From the sequence record MN850630.1: a DNA stretch of 64,000 bases; one strand, 5' to 3'. Origin of the DNA: Escherichia phage naam. The position numbers and the translations under genes were made by a program. This document shows, piece by piece, positions 44,613 through 54,875 of the stretch; within the stretch, counting starts at the first letter, position 1; each line of letters opens with the position of its first letter. The notes under the pieces are model-generated. The model had not been told where the DNA came from. It did no database searches and was given only the letters and a program-made list of their open reading frames with translations.

Positions 44613-44729
44613 TTATAAGTACTCCGCATCGCATTCAGGGCAATGCCAAATAAAATCGTCCAGTGCCTTGCACCAACGAAGATTGCAACGACAACCACAC
44701 TTGCAAATTTTATAAATACCTGATGACAT
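44613..44729 (-). CDS. small Cys-rich peptide (38 aa, zinc-ribbon-like)
   Basis: GGAGGTG RBS; CKCGCRC ... CPEC cysteines. Confidence 0.4.
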   Translation of the reverse strand: MSSGIYKICKCGCRCNLRWCKALDDFIWHCPECDAEYL

Positions 44730-44781
44730 ACTGCACCTCCTTAGTTAATAGCATGTTTAAGATATGCATATCTTTCTACAA

Positions 44782-45714
44782 TCATTTACCACAAATCTTC
44801 TTGTATACCTCTTCTACCGTGTCAAACACTTCAGGCCTGTAGTAGAAAAACTCAGTGCTACCGTCAAATTTTACAGGAAAGTTTATTTTATACTTGCTCA
44901 AGGCCTTATGCACAGATTTTTCTAAATCTACCATGTTTTGAGTTGATCCGCTCCATGTTTTTACTACGTGAAGAGTGTGGACACCTGCGCCAGATTTACG
45001 AGCACTGTTAAGCACCTCATTTTTCCTCCTGTGCATTTTAACGCATACACCGATTTTCATAAGTGTTGGCACTTCTAAGTCATCAACCATAATGTAGAGT
45101 TTACCGTACTCATGAGATAAGAATCCATTTTGTGCGCATTTACAGCAGCCACGACCACTTTTTAGGTTATTAGGTTTAGCAGACCACTTATACCCACAAA
45201 TTTTGCACCTACATTGCACTTTTGTGTTATCATTGGCAATTTTCTCTAATATTTCTATGTCTGGGTTGGCTTTGTGGATAATTGCAGCGTGCTCCTTATG
45301 GGTTAACGCTTGACTTTGCCCACGTCTTAAGTCATAGCACTCTGGGCAGCCGTTTCTTTGGTATAAGTGGTTTTCAGGGTATTGTTCAAACACACCGTGT
45401 TCAGGGCAAACAATTTTTACAGGCGTTCTCATGTTCGCATATTTGACTAATGAGTAATCGTACTTGTCCCCATGAACAGCCATAGCCTCTTTTATGAACT
45501 CTTCAGTGTTCTTTTTCGCTGACCCACCACACCTTGGACAACCATGATTCTTGAAAGCATGTGCCACAGGGGTTTGCCAGAACTCACCGTGCTCAGGACA
45601 AATTATACACACAGGTGTCTTGTTGTTTTTATACTCCACTTTGAAGTAATCATATTTGTCACCATGTATAGTCTGAGCTTTTTCTATAAACTCTTCGGTT
45701 GTTAGTCTTCTCAT
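44782..45714 (-). CDS. T5orf172/GIY-YIG-like domain protein with repeated zinc ribbons (homing-endonuclease-like)
   Basis: Three repeats of GDKYDY...CPEHG...GCP.CG; C-terminal KIGV...TEFF resembles T5orf172 domain. Confidence 0.5.
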   Translation of the reverse strand: MRRLTTEEFIEKAQTIHGDKYDYFKVEYKNNKTPVCIICPEHGEFWQTPVAHAFKNHGCPRCGGSAKKNTEEFIKEAMAVHGDKYDYSLVKYANMRTPVKIVCPEHGVFEQYPENHLYQRNGCPECYDLRRGQSQALTHKEHAAIIHKANPDIEILEKIANDNTKVQCRCKICGYKWSAKPNNLKSGRGCCKCAQNGFLSHEYGKLYIMVDDLEVPTLMKIGVCVKMHRRKNEVLNSARKSGAGVHTLHVVKTWSGSTQNMVDLEKSVHKALSKYKINFPVKFDGSTEFFYYRPEVFDTVEEVYKKICGK

Positions 45715-45785
45715 TACCAGACCAGACCCTTCCGCTATTCACTTTATATTGCATACTATAGAAAAGAGGAATAGAAGTCAATAAA

Positions 45786-45817
45786 AACAAAAAAAAAATG
45801 AGAGCATCCTTGCTCTC
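45786..45817 (-). terminator. rho-independent terminator
   Basis: GAGAGCA-aggatg-CTCTC + 10-nt T-tract on minus strand after nrdD. Confidence 0.65.
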
Positions 45818-45828
45818 CACCTCTTTCC

Positions 45829-47967
45829 TTATTTACTCAACGGACAACAGTCTACATTCCCAACATGTTTAACACGTTCGATAACCTCTGCTTGTTTACC
45901 TGTGTTATACGGCCTACTGTTCGGGCTGGAGAGATAGCCAGACACTCTTCGGATCACTGAGATATATTGTTCATCGTGGCATCCGCACGCAGGGCAGCAG
46001 AACCCTTTAGCTGTTGCACTGAACTCACCAGAGAAACCACACTTGAGACATTTATCCACAGGTTGGTTAATACCAAAATACATAATGTGTTTATACCCGA
46101 AGTCAACAAGAGCCTCTAAAGCATCAAGGTTGTTTTTCAGGTTAGGTGTCTCTACGTATCCGATGTTGCCACCGGAGGAGATCATAGCAAAACCTTCCTC
46201 ATACTCCCACTTATCAAAAGGAGAGCTATTGATCCATACTGGCTGATGGAAACTGTTGGTGAGATATTCATGCTCGTGCTTTAACACTTCTGGATATTCA
46301 CGATCCAGACAGGTTGCAGCTTTATAGCATAGACTCTCAGAAGGAGTGCCGTACAAGCTAAATGCTAGTCTACTTTCCTTCTTGTATCGCTCACAAGCAT
46401 CTCTCATGTGCTGAAGGATTCCAAGAGCTAAAGCCTTGTCACCTTCTCTGCCCAAAATCTGACAGGTTTCATACACACCAATGTACCCAATGCTGATGGA
46501 AGCGTACCCGTCATAGAAGAGTTTATCAATACTTTCTTCAGGATCCAGGCGAGCAAGAGCGCCTTCACACCACATGATGGGGTTCTGCCCTGACTTTGTT
46601 CCTTTTAGACGGTTAACCCTTACAAGGTGAGCCTCGTATGCAAGATCCAAGTATTCGTCAAGAACTGCAAAGAAATCAACACCTTCCGTCTTAGCTTTTG
46701 CCGCAATCATTGGCAGGTTAAGGCTAACAACGCCTAAGTTAAATCTGCCAAGGTATTTCTCCTCGCCTGTTTCCAAGTCATTGTATTTGCTAAGAAAACT
46801 CCGGCAACCCATGCTCGTTACTTTGCCATCTGTCGAGCCTGTCACTTTTCTATTTAGTGGTACAGATACGAAGTCAGGATAGATACGTTCTGCACAGCAT
46901 TCCAGAGCTAATCGTTTCAAATCATAGTTAGGATCTCCAGGGTTCATGTTGACACCCTCTTCTAGGAAGAACAGCACTTTAGGGAACACAGGTGTGATCC
47001 GTTCTTCACCAAGACCCATTTTGTGGACTTTCAAGTAATTTTTGGTAATCATTCTACCAAAGACCGAGGTATCCAGTCCTAAACTTAATGTGATGAATGG
47101 AGTTTGCCCGTTGACAGAAGTTAACGTATTGATTTGATAGAGCAAAGTCTGCATGCTGTCAAATACGTCTTTATCTGTCATTTGCATTGCAACAGTCTCA
47201 GCATCTGGCAACCAATGTTCCTGGCAAAATTTAAGGTTCTTCTCATAGGTCGCTTCAGCATACTGTGCCAGATAATGATCAATATGGCTCATAGTCTGAC
47301 CCCCATATTGAGCACTAGCTACTGCACTAGAGATTTGGCTAAGGATTGTTGTTGCAACCCCTATTGACTTAGGCTTACTGACATGGGCGTTACCAATGTT
47401 GAATCCGTTTTCCAACATATCTGGATAATTTACCAAACAACAGTTTGTTAACGGACTGATCAAGTAGTCAAGATCATGCACATGGATGAAGCCTCTATTG
47501 TGCTCTTCTGAGACACGGTCTGGCAGGATCTGTGTTGATGCAAGGTGTTTGCTAAGAATACCTGCAAGCAGGTCGCGATGAGTGTGTACATGATTAGTAG
47601 GCTTATTTGCGTTTTCTTTTGTAAATTCATCACAAGTTCGATCCAAGAAGCCACTAATATCTGCAAGCAGTTTTCCACCTGCCTCTCTGTTATTATCTCT
47701 TGTCTGTCTATACTGGATGTATTCTCTGGCTGCACATTTTAAACCCATATCCATAAGAGCATCTTCAACAAGGATATGGATATTTTTTACAGAGATCGTG
47801 CACTGGTCGGTTGGTAGATTGTTAGCAACAACTTCATTAACCGCGCAGGCGATCCGGTAAGCTTCTTCTTCAGTATGCCCAGACTCAAGTAAGGCGGACT
47901 CTGCCGCCTTGATCACCTTAATTCCGTTATAGAACTCTTCTCTACCGTCCCGTTTTACAACTTTCAC
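45829..47967 (-). CDS. nrdD: anaerobic ribonucleoside-triphosphate reductase
   Basis: 712 aa; C-terminal glycyl-radical motif RVSGYL and Zn-binding CxxC pairs. Confidence 0.85.
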   Translation of the reverse strand: MKVVKRDGREEFYNGIKVIKAAESALLESGHTEEEAYRIACAVNEVVANNLPTDQCTISVKNIHILVEDALMDMGLKCAAREYIQYRQTRDNNREAGGKLLADISGFLDRTCDEFTKENANKPTNHVHTHRDLLAGILSKHLASTQILPDRVSEEHNRGFIHVHDLDYLISPLTNCCLVNYPDMLENGFNIGNAHVSKPKSIGVATTILSQISSAVASAQYGGQTMSHIDHYLAQYAEATYEKNLKFCQEHWLPDAETVAMQMTDKDVFDSMQTLLYQINTLTSVNGQTPFITLSLGLDTSVFGRMITKNYLKVHKMGLGEERITPVFPKVLFFLEEGVNMNPGDPNYDLKRLALECCAERIYPDFVSVPLNRKVTGSTDGKVTSMGCRSFLSKYNDLETGEEKYLGRFNLGVVSLNLPMIAAKAKTEGVDFFAVLDEYLDLAYEAHLVRVNRLKGTKSGQNPIMWCEGALARLDPEESIDKLFYDGYASISIGYIGVYETCQILGREGDKALALGILQHMRDACERYKKESRLAFSLYGTPSESLCYKAATCLDREYPEVLKHEHEYLTNSFHQPVWINSSPFDKWEYEEGFAMISSGGNIGYVETPNLKNNLDALEALVDFGYKHIMYFGINQPVDKCLKCGFSGEFSATAKGFCCPACGCHDEQYISVIRRVSGYLSSPNSRPYNTGKQAEVIERVKHVGNVDCCPLSK

Positions 47968-48242
47968 TTTTTCTCTCCAAAACCATTCTTAACAAAAGAG
48001 ATGAAATCGTCGGCACCGCCTATATGGACACTGTCAAGATCGCTTTCTAAGAAGATCTGCGGCAACGTTCTGGGGACAATTGGACTGCACTTCTCAATAA
48101 GCTCTTCTTTTGTGTAGCCCTCGCCAAGTGTCTTATATACAAAAGGCAGACCTTTGCTGATTGCAAATTCTTTTGCTCTGACACAATGTGGGCAGTTATC
48201 CTTACCGTAAATGATGATGAAAAAAGATTTTTCGCAGCTCAT
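47964..48242 (-). CDS. glutaredoxin/NrdH-like redoxin
   Basis: CPHC active-site motif, 92 aa, between nrdD and nrdB. Confidence 0.7.
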   Translation of the reverse strand: MSCEKSFFIIIYGKDNCPHCVRAKEFAISKGLPFVYKTLGEGYTKEELIEKCSPIVPRTLPQIFLESDLDSVHIGGADDFISFVKNGFGEKK

Positions 48243-48245
48243 ATA

Positions 48246-49334
48246 TTAAAACTCCCAAATTTCTTCTTCAGCGTCGTTAACAGTTGTGTTGACGCGGTAG
48301 TCAGTGTTCGACATTTCTTGGTTCGCCGTCTGTTGTAATGAAGGTTTCATCCACACCTGCATAAACGGTAGCGGGTCCTTTGTTGGCGGCACAAAGTCTT
48401 TGTCGATGTCGTAGTAATCATAAATCGGTGAGCAGTTATAGTCAACCCACTCTTTAAGCAACGGTGAGTTAAGACCTATAATCGCTCTTCCTTCGCTGAA
48501 AATATAGTCACTCCAACCGTACTCTTTGGTTCGTACTTCATCAAGAATCTCTTTTAACTCCCCTTTTATCTCCAGGAAGCTTTTCTCCCATGCGGGATCG
48601 TTAAGCAAGATATCAATGATGGCAAAATCACCTTTCGAATGTAGCATTTCGTCAAGCATGATTTTTTGAACAAGCTGCGCCACCTGAACAAAAATACCCT
48701 GTTCAGCTACTGCGAAAGTGCATGCAAAACTTGCAATAAACTCAATACTTTCTAGAGCTAAAAGTGCAAAAAGCGCTCTAAGAATGCATTTCCGCACAAT
48801 ATCTTCTTCAACACTAGAAGGATCCAGGCGGTATTTTGCACCAATAACCTCAAGCTCTTGCATGTATTTGACAATAACGCCGGATCTGCTCAGAACGTTT
48901 TGGTTTTCCTGAATCTCTTCTATAATCTCACGGGCATTGGGGAGGCATTGTCTAACAATCTCTGAGTAAGTTAGTGCGTGAAGAACTTCAATCTCTGACT
49001 GTTTCATCAATAGAGTGAAAAGCTCACTATTAGTGATGAATGGTGAAAAGAGGCAGATGATCGATCTTGCCGCAACGCTATCAGCCTCCCATTGCCACAT
49101 CAAGGTCTGCACCATCACGTCATAAGTTGACTTTGAGCATGTTACAAAATCTGAAATAGATTGCGACAAATCCACTTCATCCTCTGTCCAATCTTGCTCT
49201 TTTTGTTTTTTGTATAGTTCAAACAGTTGTGGATATTTTTTGTTGATAGAGTCGTACATACCCATTTGCTGTCCCAGAAACAACGGATAGTCACCAGTTT
49301 TATGAGCGGTGTTCTCAGCATTAAATACAGCCAT
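48246..49334 (-). CDS. nrdB: ribonucleotide reductase small subunit
   Basis: About 360 aa downstream of nrdA; ATG 49334 after GAGGT (longest frame overlaps nrdA). Confidence 0.75.
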   Translation of the reverse strand: MAVFNAENTAHKTGDYPLFLGQQMGMYDSINKKYPQLFELYKKQKEQDWTEDEVDLSQSISDFVTCSKSTYDVMVQTLMWQWEADSVAARSIICLFSPFITNSELFTLLMKQSEIEVLHALTYSEIVRQCLPNAREIIEEIQENQNVLSRSGVIVKYMQELEVIGAKYRLDPSSVEEDIVRKCILRALFALLALESIEFIASFACTFAVAEQGIFVQVAQLVQKIMLDEMLHSKGDFAIIDILLNDPAWEKSFLEIKGELKEILDEVRTKEYGWSDYIFSEGRAIIGLNSPLLKEWVDYNCSPIYDYYDIDKDFVPPTKDPLPFMQVWMKPSLQQTANQEMSNTDYRVNTTVNDAEEEIWEF

Positions 49335-49372
49335 TATTCTACCTCTAAAATGGGGCCGAAGCCCCTTTAAAA

Positions 49373-51688
49373 TTATAGTGCACAGCTTTCGCAATACGGA
49401 TCTTCAACTGAACTATCTGCAATCAAAGGATAGTTCTTTCTGGTTTCATCTTCAGCCTGTTTCTTGGCATGAAGTTCCTCTGCCAAGGAGTCACCAGCAC
49501 CAACCCTGGAGTTTAAATAATACCATGTCTTCATCCCGAATTTAGTGGCACGGATAAGGTACCCTAGCTGCTCCTTCATTGAAATTTTACCATCTTTCAA
49601 CTTGGTGTAGTCTATGTATAAATCCGCGCTGATTGCCTGACCTGTGAATTTTTGAATCACAGCATACATATCGATCATGTCGTTAGTATCAACGTCCCAA
49701 GCCGAGGTGTAATACTCTTTCAACTCATCATAGTCAGGAACGATAAACAGCACCTGCCCTTGTGGCGACTTTTTAAAGATAATGTGCTCACGGACAGGAT
49801 AAACCCCGTTAGTGGTGTTTGTTGCCAGCGAAGAGCTTTCATTAGGCATATATGCTTCAAGAACGCTATTACGTAGCCCACCATTTTCAATGATTTCTTT
49901 ACGTAACCCTTCCCAATCCTGTTTAAGAGAAGGATCTTTCACCACGCTATCGACCTCTTTGTTATAGGTGTCGATTGGTAACCAACCTTCTGGATATTTT
50001 GTTTTATGCATCCACTCGCAGACACCACGCTCTTTTGCCAACCGTAAACTTGCCTTATGCAAGCTGTAGCTGTGAAGTTCTGCAAGATCGTGAACGAGCT
50101 GTTTACTCTCAGGAGATCCGTAAGTAACCTTGTGGCTGGCAATAAAATGTGCAACATTGGTAAGGCCAACCCCGATGGATCTGCGTTTTTTAACTGTGCT
50201 TTCCATATTTTCATACGGATATGTCATGATTTCCATAACATTGTCAATCATAAGCACCGTATAGTATGCAACATCCTCATACTCTTCTGGAGTAACCCTT
50301 CCGGCTACAAGAGATGACAGGAAGCACAATGCAACCTCTCCATCATCAGCATCGTACTTGAAGATATTACGCATATCTGAATAGCCTTTTGTCGGGAGGG
50401 CTATTTCTGCACACAGGTTACTTGAATAGATCACATCTTTAAAAGGTGTATGTCTATTCATCTCATCTGTCCAGTATACATACAGCCTTCCCACCTCAGT
50501 ACGCTGCGTGATCAGCTCAACAGCAAGATCTCTAGCTCGGATCCATGTTTTAGGAATACTGTCATCTTTAGCGATACGATCAACCTCTGCATCAAACTCC
50601 TCCATAGACATGGTGAAGATACCCTCATGTAGTTGAGGCGCGTGCTTATAAGAAACAAGCATCCAATCTAAATTCTTAGCCACACGGTTGATAAACGACC
50701 TATTAATACCGATGGAGTAGTCCATGGTGTTGATTCTTTTTGAAGCAACAGTCATAGGGTTTCTCAAACGGATTAGCTCATCAATCTGCGGGTCTAGTGC
50801 AAGGAATGATACTGTTGCAGAACCGCCACGTGATTGTTGTCTGTTCTCCTTAACCCCAGCATCAATACCTCGATAATATGGAATCTTACCCATGTGTTTA
50901 ATAGTGTTACCACGAACACCATCACCTGCAGATCTTGATGATAAATAGTAGCCGATACCCGCTTGGTTAACCGTCATTGTGTACGCAACTTCACGTGCCA
51001 CACCAATAGATTTTGCTGTATCGTCAGCTTTTATTACACAACAAGATGCATACCCTGTCTTACCTGTGCGCAGCCCGTTTAAGTACGGTGTCGGGGCATT
51101 GATCTTTAAGTCGGACAGATAAGTGTATAATTTTACAACATCGTTGATACGACGTTCTTTCGGCATATTCTTCATGACAGCCATTGCTATCCCCATAAAC
51201 ATCATCTGGGGAGATTCAAACAGGGTGTCTTTAAGAGTATCCTTGATCCCGTATTTGTCGCGAAACTGTTTAAGGACTGCATAGCCATAACCGAGATCTT
51301 TACTGTGGTCAATAACAGCGTCTAAAGTGTTTAGCTCGGTAAAGCTATAGCCCATATTCTCCCAATACCCTTTCTCAACCATGGTATTGTAAAATGATGG
51401 TAAGGAAGGGATCTTTGTAAACCCTCCAAAAGCCTCTTTATAAATCTGACCAATAAGAACACGACCAGCCATACGGGAATGTGCTTCGTCTTTACGGCTA
51501 ACACAGGAGTCTATGATAGCTTGGTTAACTTCTTTGGTTGTACATCCATCATACAGTCGTTTGTATGCATCCAGTGCAATGTGTGACCAATTGCCGTTAC
51601 CGTCGTCACCGAAAATAGCTGCCTTATTTAAACGTTCTGGATCGAATGCCACTTCACATCCGTTGCTTTTAATTACCTTGGTGATCAA
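49373..51688 (-). CDS. nrdA: ribonucleotide reductase large subunit, class Ia
   Basis: SNLCAEIALPT active-site motif, C-terminal CESCAL; 771 aa; TTG start after GGAGG. Confidence 0.9.
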   Translation of the reverse strand: MITKVIKSNGCEVAFDPERLNKAAIFGDDGNGNWSHIALDAYKRLYDGCTTKEVNQAIIDSCVSRKDEAHSRMAGRVLIGQIYKEAFGGFTKIPSLPSFYNTMVEKGYWENMGYSFTELNTLDAVIDHSKDLGYGYAVLKQFRDKYGIKDTLKDTLFESPQMMFMGIAMAVMKNMPKERRINDVVKLYTYLSDLKINAPTPYLNGLRTGKTGYASCCVIKADDTAKSIGVAREVAYTMTVNQAGIGYYLSSRSAGDGVRGNTIKHMGKIPYYRGIDAGVKENRQQSRGGSATVSFLALDPQIDELIRLRNPMTVASKRINTMDYSIGINRSFINRVAKNLDWMLVSYKHAPQLHEGIFTMSMEEFDAEVDRIAKDDSIPKTWIRARDLAVELITQRTEVGRLYVYWTDEMNRHTPFKDVIYSSNLCAEIALPTKGYSDMRNIFKYDADDGEVALCFLSSLVAGRVTPEEYEDVAYYTVLMIDNVMEIMTYPYENMESTVKKRRSIGVGLTNVAHFIASHKVTYGSPESKQLVHDLAELHSYSLHKASLRLAKERGVCEWMHKTKYPEGWLPIDTYNKEVDSVVKDPSLKQDWEGLRKEIIENGGLRNSVLEAYMPNESSSLATNTTNGVYPVREHIIFKKSPQGQVLFIVPDYDELKEYYTSAWDVDTNDMIDMYAVIQKFTGQAISADLYIDYTKLKDGKISMKEQLGYLIRATKFGMKTWYYLNSRVGAGDSLAEELHAKKQAEDETRKNYPLIADSSVEDPYCESCAL

Positions 51689-51915
51689 TTTGCTTCCTCC
51701 ACTTCATTAACGTATTTATCAAGGCAGGTATCAGTATCTTGCTGGATAAAGGTATCCTCTTCTACAGAGATATTTATAATTTTACCTGTATACTCGTCAT
51801 AATAAACATCATCATACATTTTAATATCGTTTGTCAGGCCGTTGAACCAAAGCCAACCAACATACTCTGCCCGACTTGCAAAACCAAGATCCTTCCACTT
51901 GGAGTTATGACTCAT
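51685..51915 (-). CDS. hypothetical protein
   Basis: ATG 51915 after AAGGTGG; longest frame 51993. Confidence 0.4.
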   Translation of the reverse strand: MSHNSKWKDLGFASRAEYVGWLWFNGLTNDIKMYDDVYYDEYTGKIINISVEEDTFIQQDTDTCLDKYVNEVEEAN

Positions 51916-51925
51916 CTTCACCACC

Positions 51926-52387
51926 TTAGCTTTCAATACCGAATAATTTTTCCAGGCGATGCAGATCTTCAAAATTAAAAGGTTCATCAACAATATGAAT
52001 ATCTTCAGCCTTTTCAGATTGTTTTGTATACTTTCTTACATTAACACGATCCTCTACAGGGATATCATACGGAAGATCTTGAACAAGCATTGCCTCACCG
52101 GGTGCTTTATCTACATCTAAAATATCTACACCGTTATACATTTGCGGGTATCTAAAGTCTGCACGCATGACACCAGCAAATACATCTGCCTTTCGATAAT
52201 GTGTTGGCTTATTTTTGCATCGAACGTTTTTTCCACGAAGAACATCAATACTTTTTAAATCAAACCCTACGGCAAAGAGTGCAGCTCGGAGACCGTTTCG
52301 TGTGCGAACGTTAAACCCGGGAACGGTAGATAGGAAATCCAAAGTAACTGAAATAAATGTCTTTTTAGGAATCATAACATTACTCAT
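51926..52387 (-). CDS. hypothetical protein
   Basis: ATG 52387 after GGAGAC, downstream of consensus promoter. Confidence 0.45.
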   Translation of the reverse strand: MSNVMIPKKTFISVTLDFLSTVPGFNVRTRNGLRAALFAVGFDLKSIDVLRGKNVRCKNKPTHYRKADVFAGVMRADFRYPQMYNGVDILDVDKAPGEAMLVQDLPYDIPVEDRVNVRKYTKQSEKAEDIHIVDEPFNFEDLHRLEKLFGIES

Positions 52388-52427
52388 ATCTGTCTCCATT
52401 TCTGGCCCACTAACAAAGTGAGCCATT

Positions 52428-52456
52428 ATTATAGATTATCTAATACTATTAGTCAA
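52428..52456 (-). promoter_or_regulatory. sigma70 consensus promoter (TTGACT-17-TATAAT)
   Basis: Hexamers on minus strand between ThyX-like and next gene. Confidence 0.6.
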
Positions 52457-52485
52457 CACAAAAATTACCTATCGCTGTGATAGGA

Positions 52486-53469
52486 TTAACCTTTCACGAA
52501 GTGGTTATTAAGCAGTTGTCTGTGCTGAACCCACCCACAAAAGTTGGCAGACCAGAATTTACCATCACGATCTTGATGGGTTACACCTTCCTGCCAAGTA
52601 CTGATGTCTTGTGTGATTTCACATGAAGACAGGTAGTAGTTTAAACGTTCCATTGCGTTATCGTGATCCATAGGTGTTGCCTGGTGCTCGTAAGGGCTTG
52701 CATGAATACGATCCCCACCAATCAATTTTTTAGCCACACTGTCTGCCTTTTCAAACGTGCTGTCAATATTTCGATAAGATACTTGTGCACAGCAACTAGC
52801 ACTGATAGACAGAGCTTCTTTAGTATCGAGAATGCAGAGCTTTCCTTCTGTGTCACGTACAGCGTAGTTAAACTCCCCGTCCAAATAAACGTGCTCTACA
52901 TATGGAGTGTGCCATTGACCCGGTTTAAGGATTTCAGGAGTGCTATTCACAAGAGCCTCCCACATACAATTAGCCAACATCTGAATCGTAGGATCCGCAT
53001 CGTGCCAGCAACGGAGGTGGAAAAAATTATTCCACTCGGTGCTTGTTACAACTGTTTTCATGCGTTGAAAAGGCTCCACTAAGCGGTTACATACTTGCTT
53101 ATGGTAACCAGCAAGGGCGAACTTCTCTGCATGCCAAGCGGCGTTTTTTGCAGCTTCTTTCCAAAATTCTTCAGGAGTTAACTCCATGTCAGTGTACTCT
53201 ACACGGATCTTTTGATCGTGTTCCCCACCATCTTCCATCCCTCGCTTATTTGCACCGAAGCGAACTGGCATTGCCGGATTCTCCACAATCTGTTGCAGCA
53301 TCTTGCCGACAGGAACTGCACGGGAAGACATGGCGTTTCGGCTGAATACTCGATGCGTCATAAGCTCTGAGTGAATAATTCGAGGATACTCTAGCTCAAA
53401 AGTGGTGATGCGCTTACCTTTCTCGGAAATGCTGTCAGCAATGATCTTTGCAGTGCACAGTTTTAGCAT
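52486..53469 (-). CDS. thyX: ThyX-like protein (putative flavin-dependent thymidylate synthase)
   Basis: THRVFSRNAMSSR resembles ThyX RHRx7S motif; nucleotide-metabolism neighbourhood. Confidence 0.55.
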   Translation of the reverse strand: MLKLCTAKIIADSISEKGKRITTFELEYPRIIHSELMTHRVFSRNAMSSRAVPVGKMLQQIVENPAMPVRFGANKRGMEDGGEHDQKIRVEYTDMELTPEEFWKEAAKNAAWHAEKFALAGYHKQVCNRLVEPFQRMKTVVTSTEWNNFFHLRCWHDADPTIQMLANCMWEALVNSTPEILKPGQWHTPYVEHVYLDGEFNYAVRDTEGKLCILDTKEALSISASCCAQVSYRNIDSTFEKADSVAKKLIGGDRIHASPYEHQATPMDHDNAMERLNYYLSSCEITQDISTWQEGVTHQDRDGKFWSANFCGWVQHRQLLNNHFVKG

Positions 53470-53669
53470 TATTTAGCTCTCCTTGTTTTAATTTTGGAAA
53501 TTTCGTCTGGGTTTATGTTGGCCTTAAATGCAAGGTATCTGTTGAACATATCGGAGCACATGTCTTGGGTGATCCTGGAGGCATACACCAGCTTACCTCC
53601 CAGATCATACACCTCTAGCCAGTCACCGTATCTGACTACAGGATCGCCACCTTTAGAACATCTGCCCAT
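53469..53669 (-). CDS. hypothetical protein
   Basis: 66 aa. Confidence 0.45.
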   Translation of the reverse strand: MGRCSKGGDPVVRYGDWLEVYDLGGKLVYASRITQDMCSDMFNRYLAFKANINPDEISKIKTRRAK

Positions 53670-53670
53670 T

Positions 53671-54264
53671 TCAAATACCTTCTAAAAACTTTCCTATTTT
53701 ATACCAGCTATTAGCGGTATAGTCAACACTGACCTTTAACTCCTCGAATTGCTCATAAGGCGTATCTTTTAGGATTTTAATAACTTCAGGTCGTGAAGCG
53801 AATTGGTTCAGGTATTCATGCCTGTCGTCAATTATAACATCTACAGCCACATTTCCTTTGAAATGTGTGGCGTAGAAGCCGTGACCCTGGGTGTGATCGT
53901 CCAGATCCATAAAATCACTGGTCCAACGCTTTAAGAACCTTGATTTAGATGCAAGGTGACCTTTCTTGCATACCGAGATAAATGCAAGCTTGTGACCACG
54001 AGCCACCAAATCTTTCATAACCTCAATAGCCCCCTCTTCGGGCTTAAGAAAGTCGTAGAGGAACGGGTCACTCCAGAAATCAAAAGGCCCTATGATGTTT
54101 TCTTTGGGGCGATCAGGCCAATACTTTGACAGATCGTAATACATTAACCCATTAGAAGGTTTAGTGACTGTCTTACTGGCTGGACCATACAAACGCTCCA
54201 ACCACTCCCACCATGCTGTTCCTGAATCTACCAGTGTCAGATCTACATCAATTCCGATTAACAT
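53671..54264 (-). CDS. HAD-family phosphatase (putative 5'-deoxynucleotidase)
   Basis: N-terminal IGIDVDLTLVD (DxDxT HAD motif I). Confidence 0.55.
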   Translation of the reverse strand: MLIGIDVDLTLVDSGTAWWEWLERLYGPASKTVTKPSNGLMYYDLSKYWPDRPKENIIGPFDFWSDPFLYDFLKPEEGAIEVMKDLVARGHKLAFISVCKKGHLASKSRFLKRWTSDFMDLDDHTQGHGFYATHFKGNVAVDVIIDDRHEYLNQFASRPEVIKILKDTPYEQFEELKVSVDYTANSWYKIGKFLEGI

Positions 54265-54875
54265 TCTTCTTGGGCCTCTTTAGCATCAATATACTTGCAC
54301 ACAATCTCCGATGCACACTCCCAAGGTGCACCTTCAGGGTTTACAACATCAAACTCAACCCCTTTTATTCCGTTCTTTTCCAGACTTAGATAGGTTCTGG
54401 AATCATTTCCCCAGTCATATCCGACACGGTGAATACGGAACAACAACAGATCTCCACCTGTGCTGTATGCGTACTCACTAAGGCATGCCAGCTCCTCTTT
54501 GAATCCACCATCGGAGTAAACAACAACCCCTTTACCTTTAGGGAAATCTTTCTTCAAGGATGTGACTGCGGCCTTACCGAAAGCATCTTCACCAAAGATA
54601 GGTTTAATCAGATTTTCACTACAATGGATCATCCATTCTCGCGGAGAAACATGCTTGCCGTCTATCATTAAGAAAGGGCAAGGCTCTTCTTTGTAGTGGC
54701 GGTCATAAAGTGCATTCCAGAGTTGAGGAGTTACACCAGCTGCCTTAATTGCCACGCTGAAGAGCATCTCCTTAACCTCGCGGTGGTGTGAGTTAGGAAT
54801 AGCTTCCAACAAGAGATCTGCAATGTGATCCTTACCACTGCTGGGTGGGGCGTTAAGAACAATAATATCCATCAA
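54258..54875 (-). CDS. P-loop kinase-like protein (putative dNMP kinase)
   Basis: N-terminal LNAPPSSGKDHIADLL P-loop-like motif. Confidence 0.45.
   Translation of the reverse strand: MMDIIVLNAPPSSGKDHIADLLLEAIPNSHHREVKEMLFSVAIKAAGVTPQLWNALYDRHYKEEPCPFLMIDGKHVSPREWMIHCSENLIKPIFGEDAFGKAAVTSLKKDFPKGKGVVVYSDGGFKEELACLSEYAYSTGGDLLLFRIHRVGYDWGNDSRTYLSLEKNGIKGVEFDVVNPEGAPWECASEIVCKYIDAKEAQEEC

Noticed and set aside
49345-49366. Hairpin between nrdA stop and nrdB start as a terminator
   Set aside because: It sits directly upstream of the nrdB RBS within an obvious operon; more likely an intercistronic stabilising or attenuating structure.
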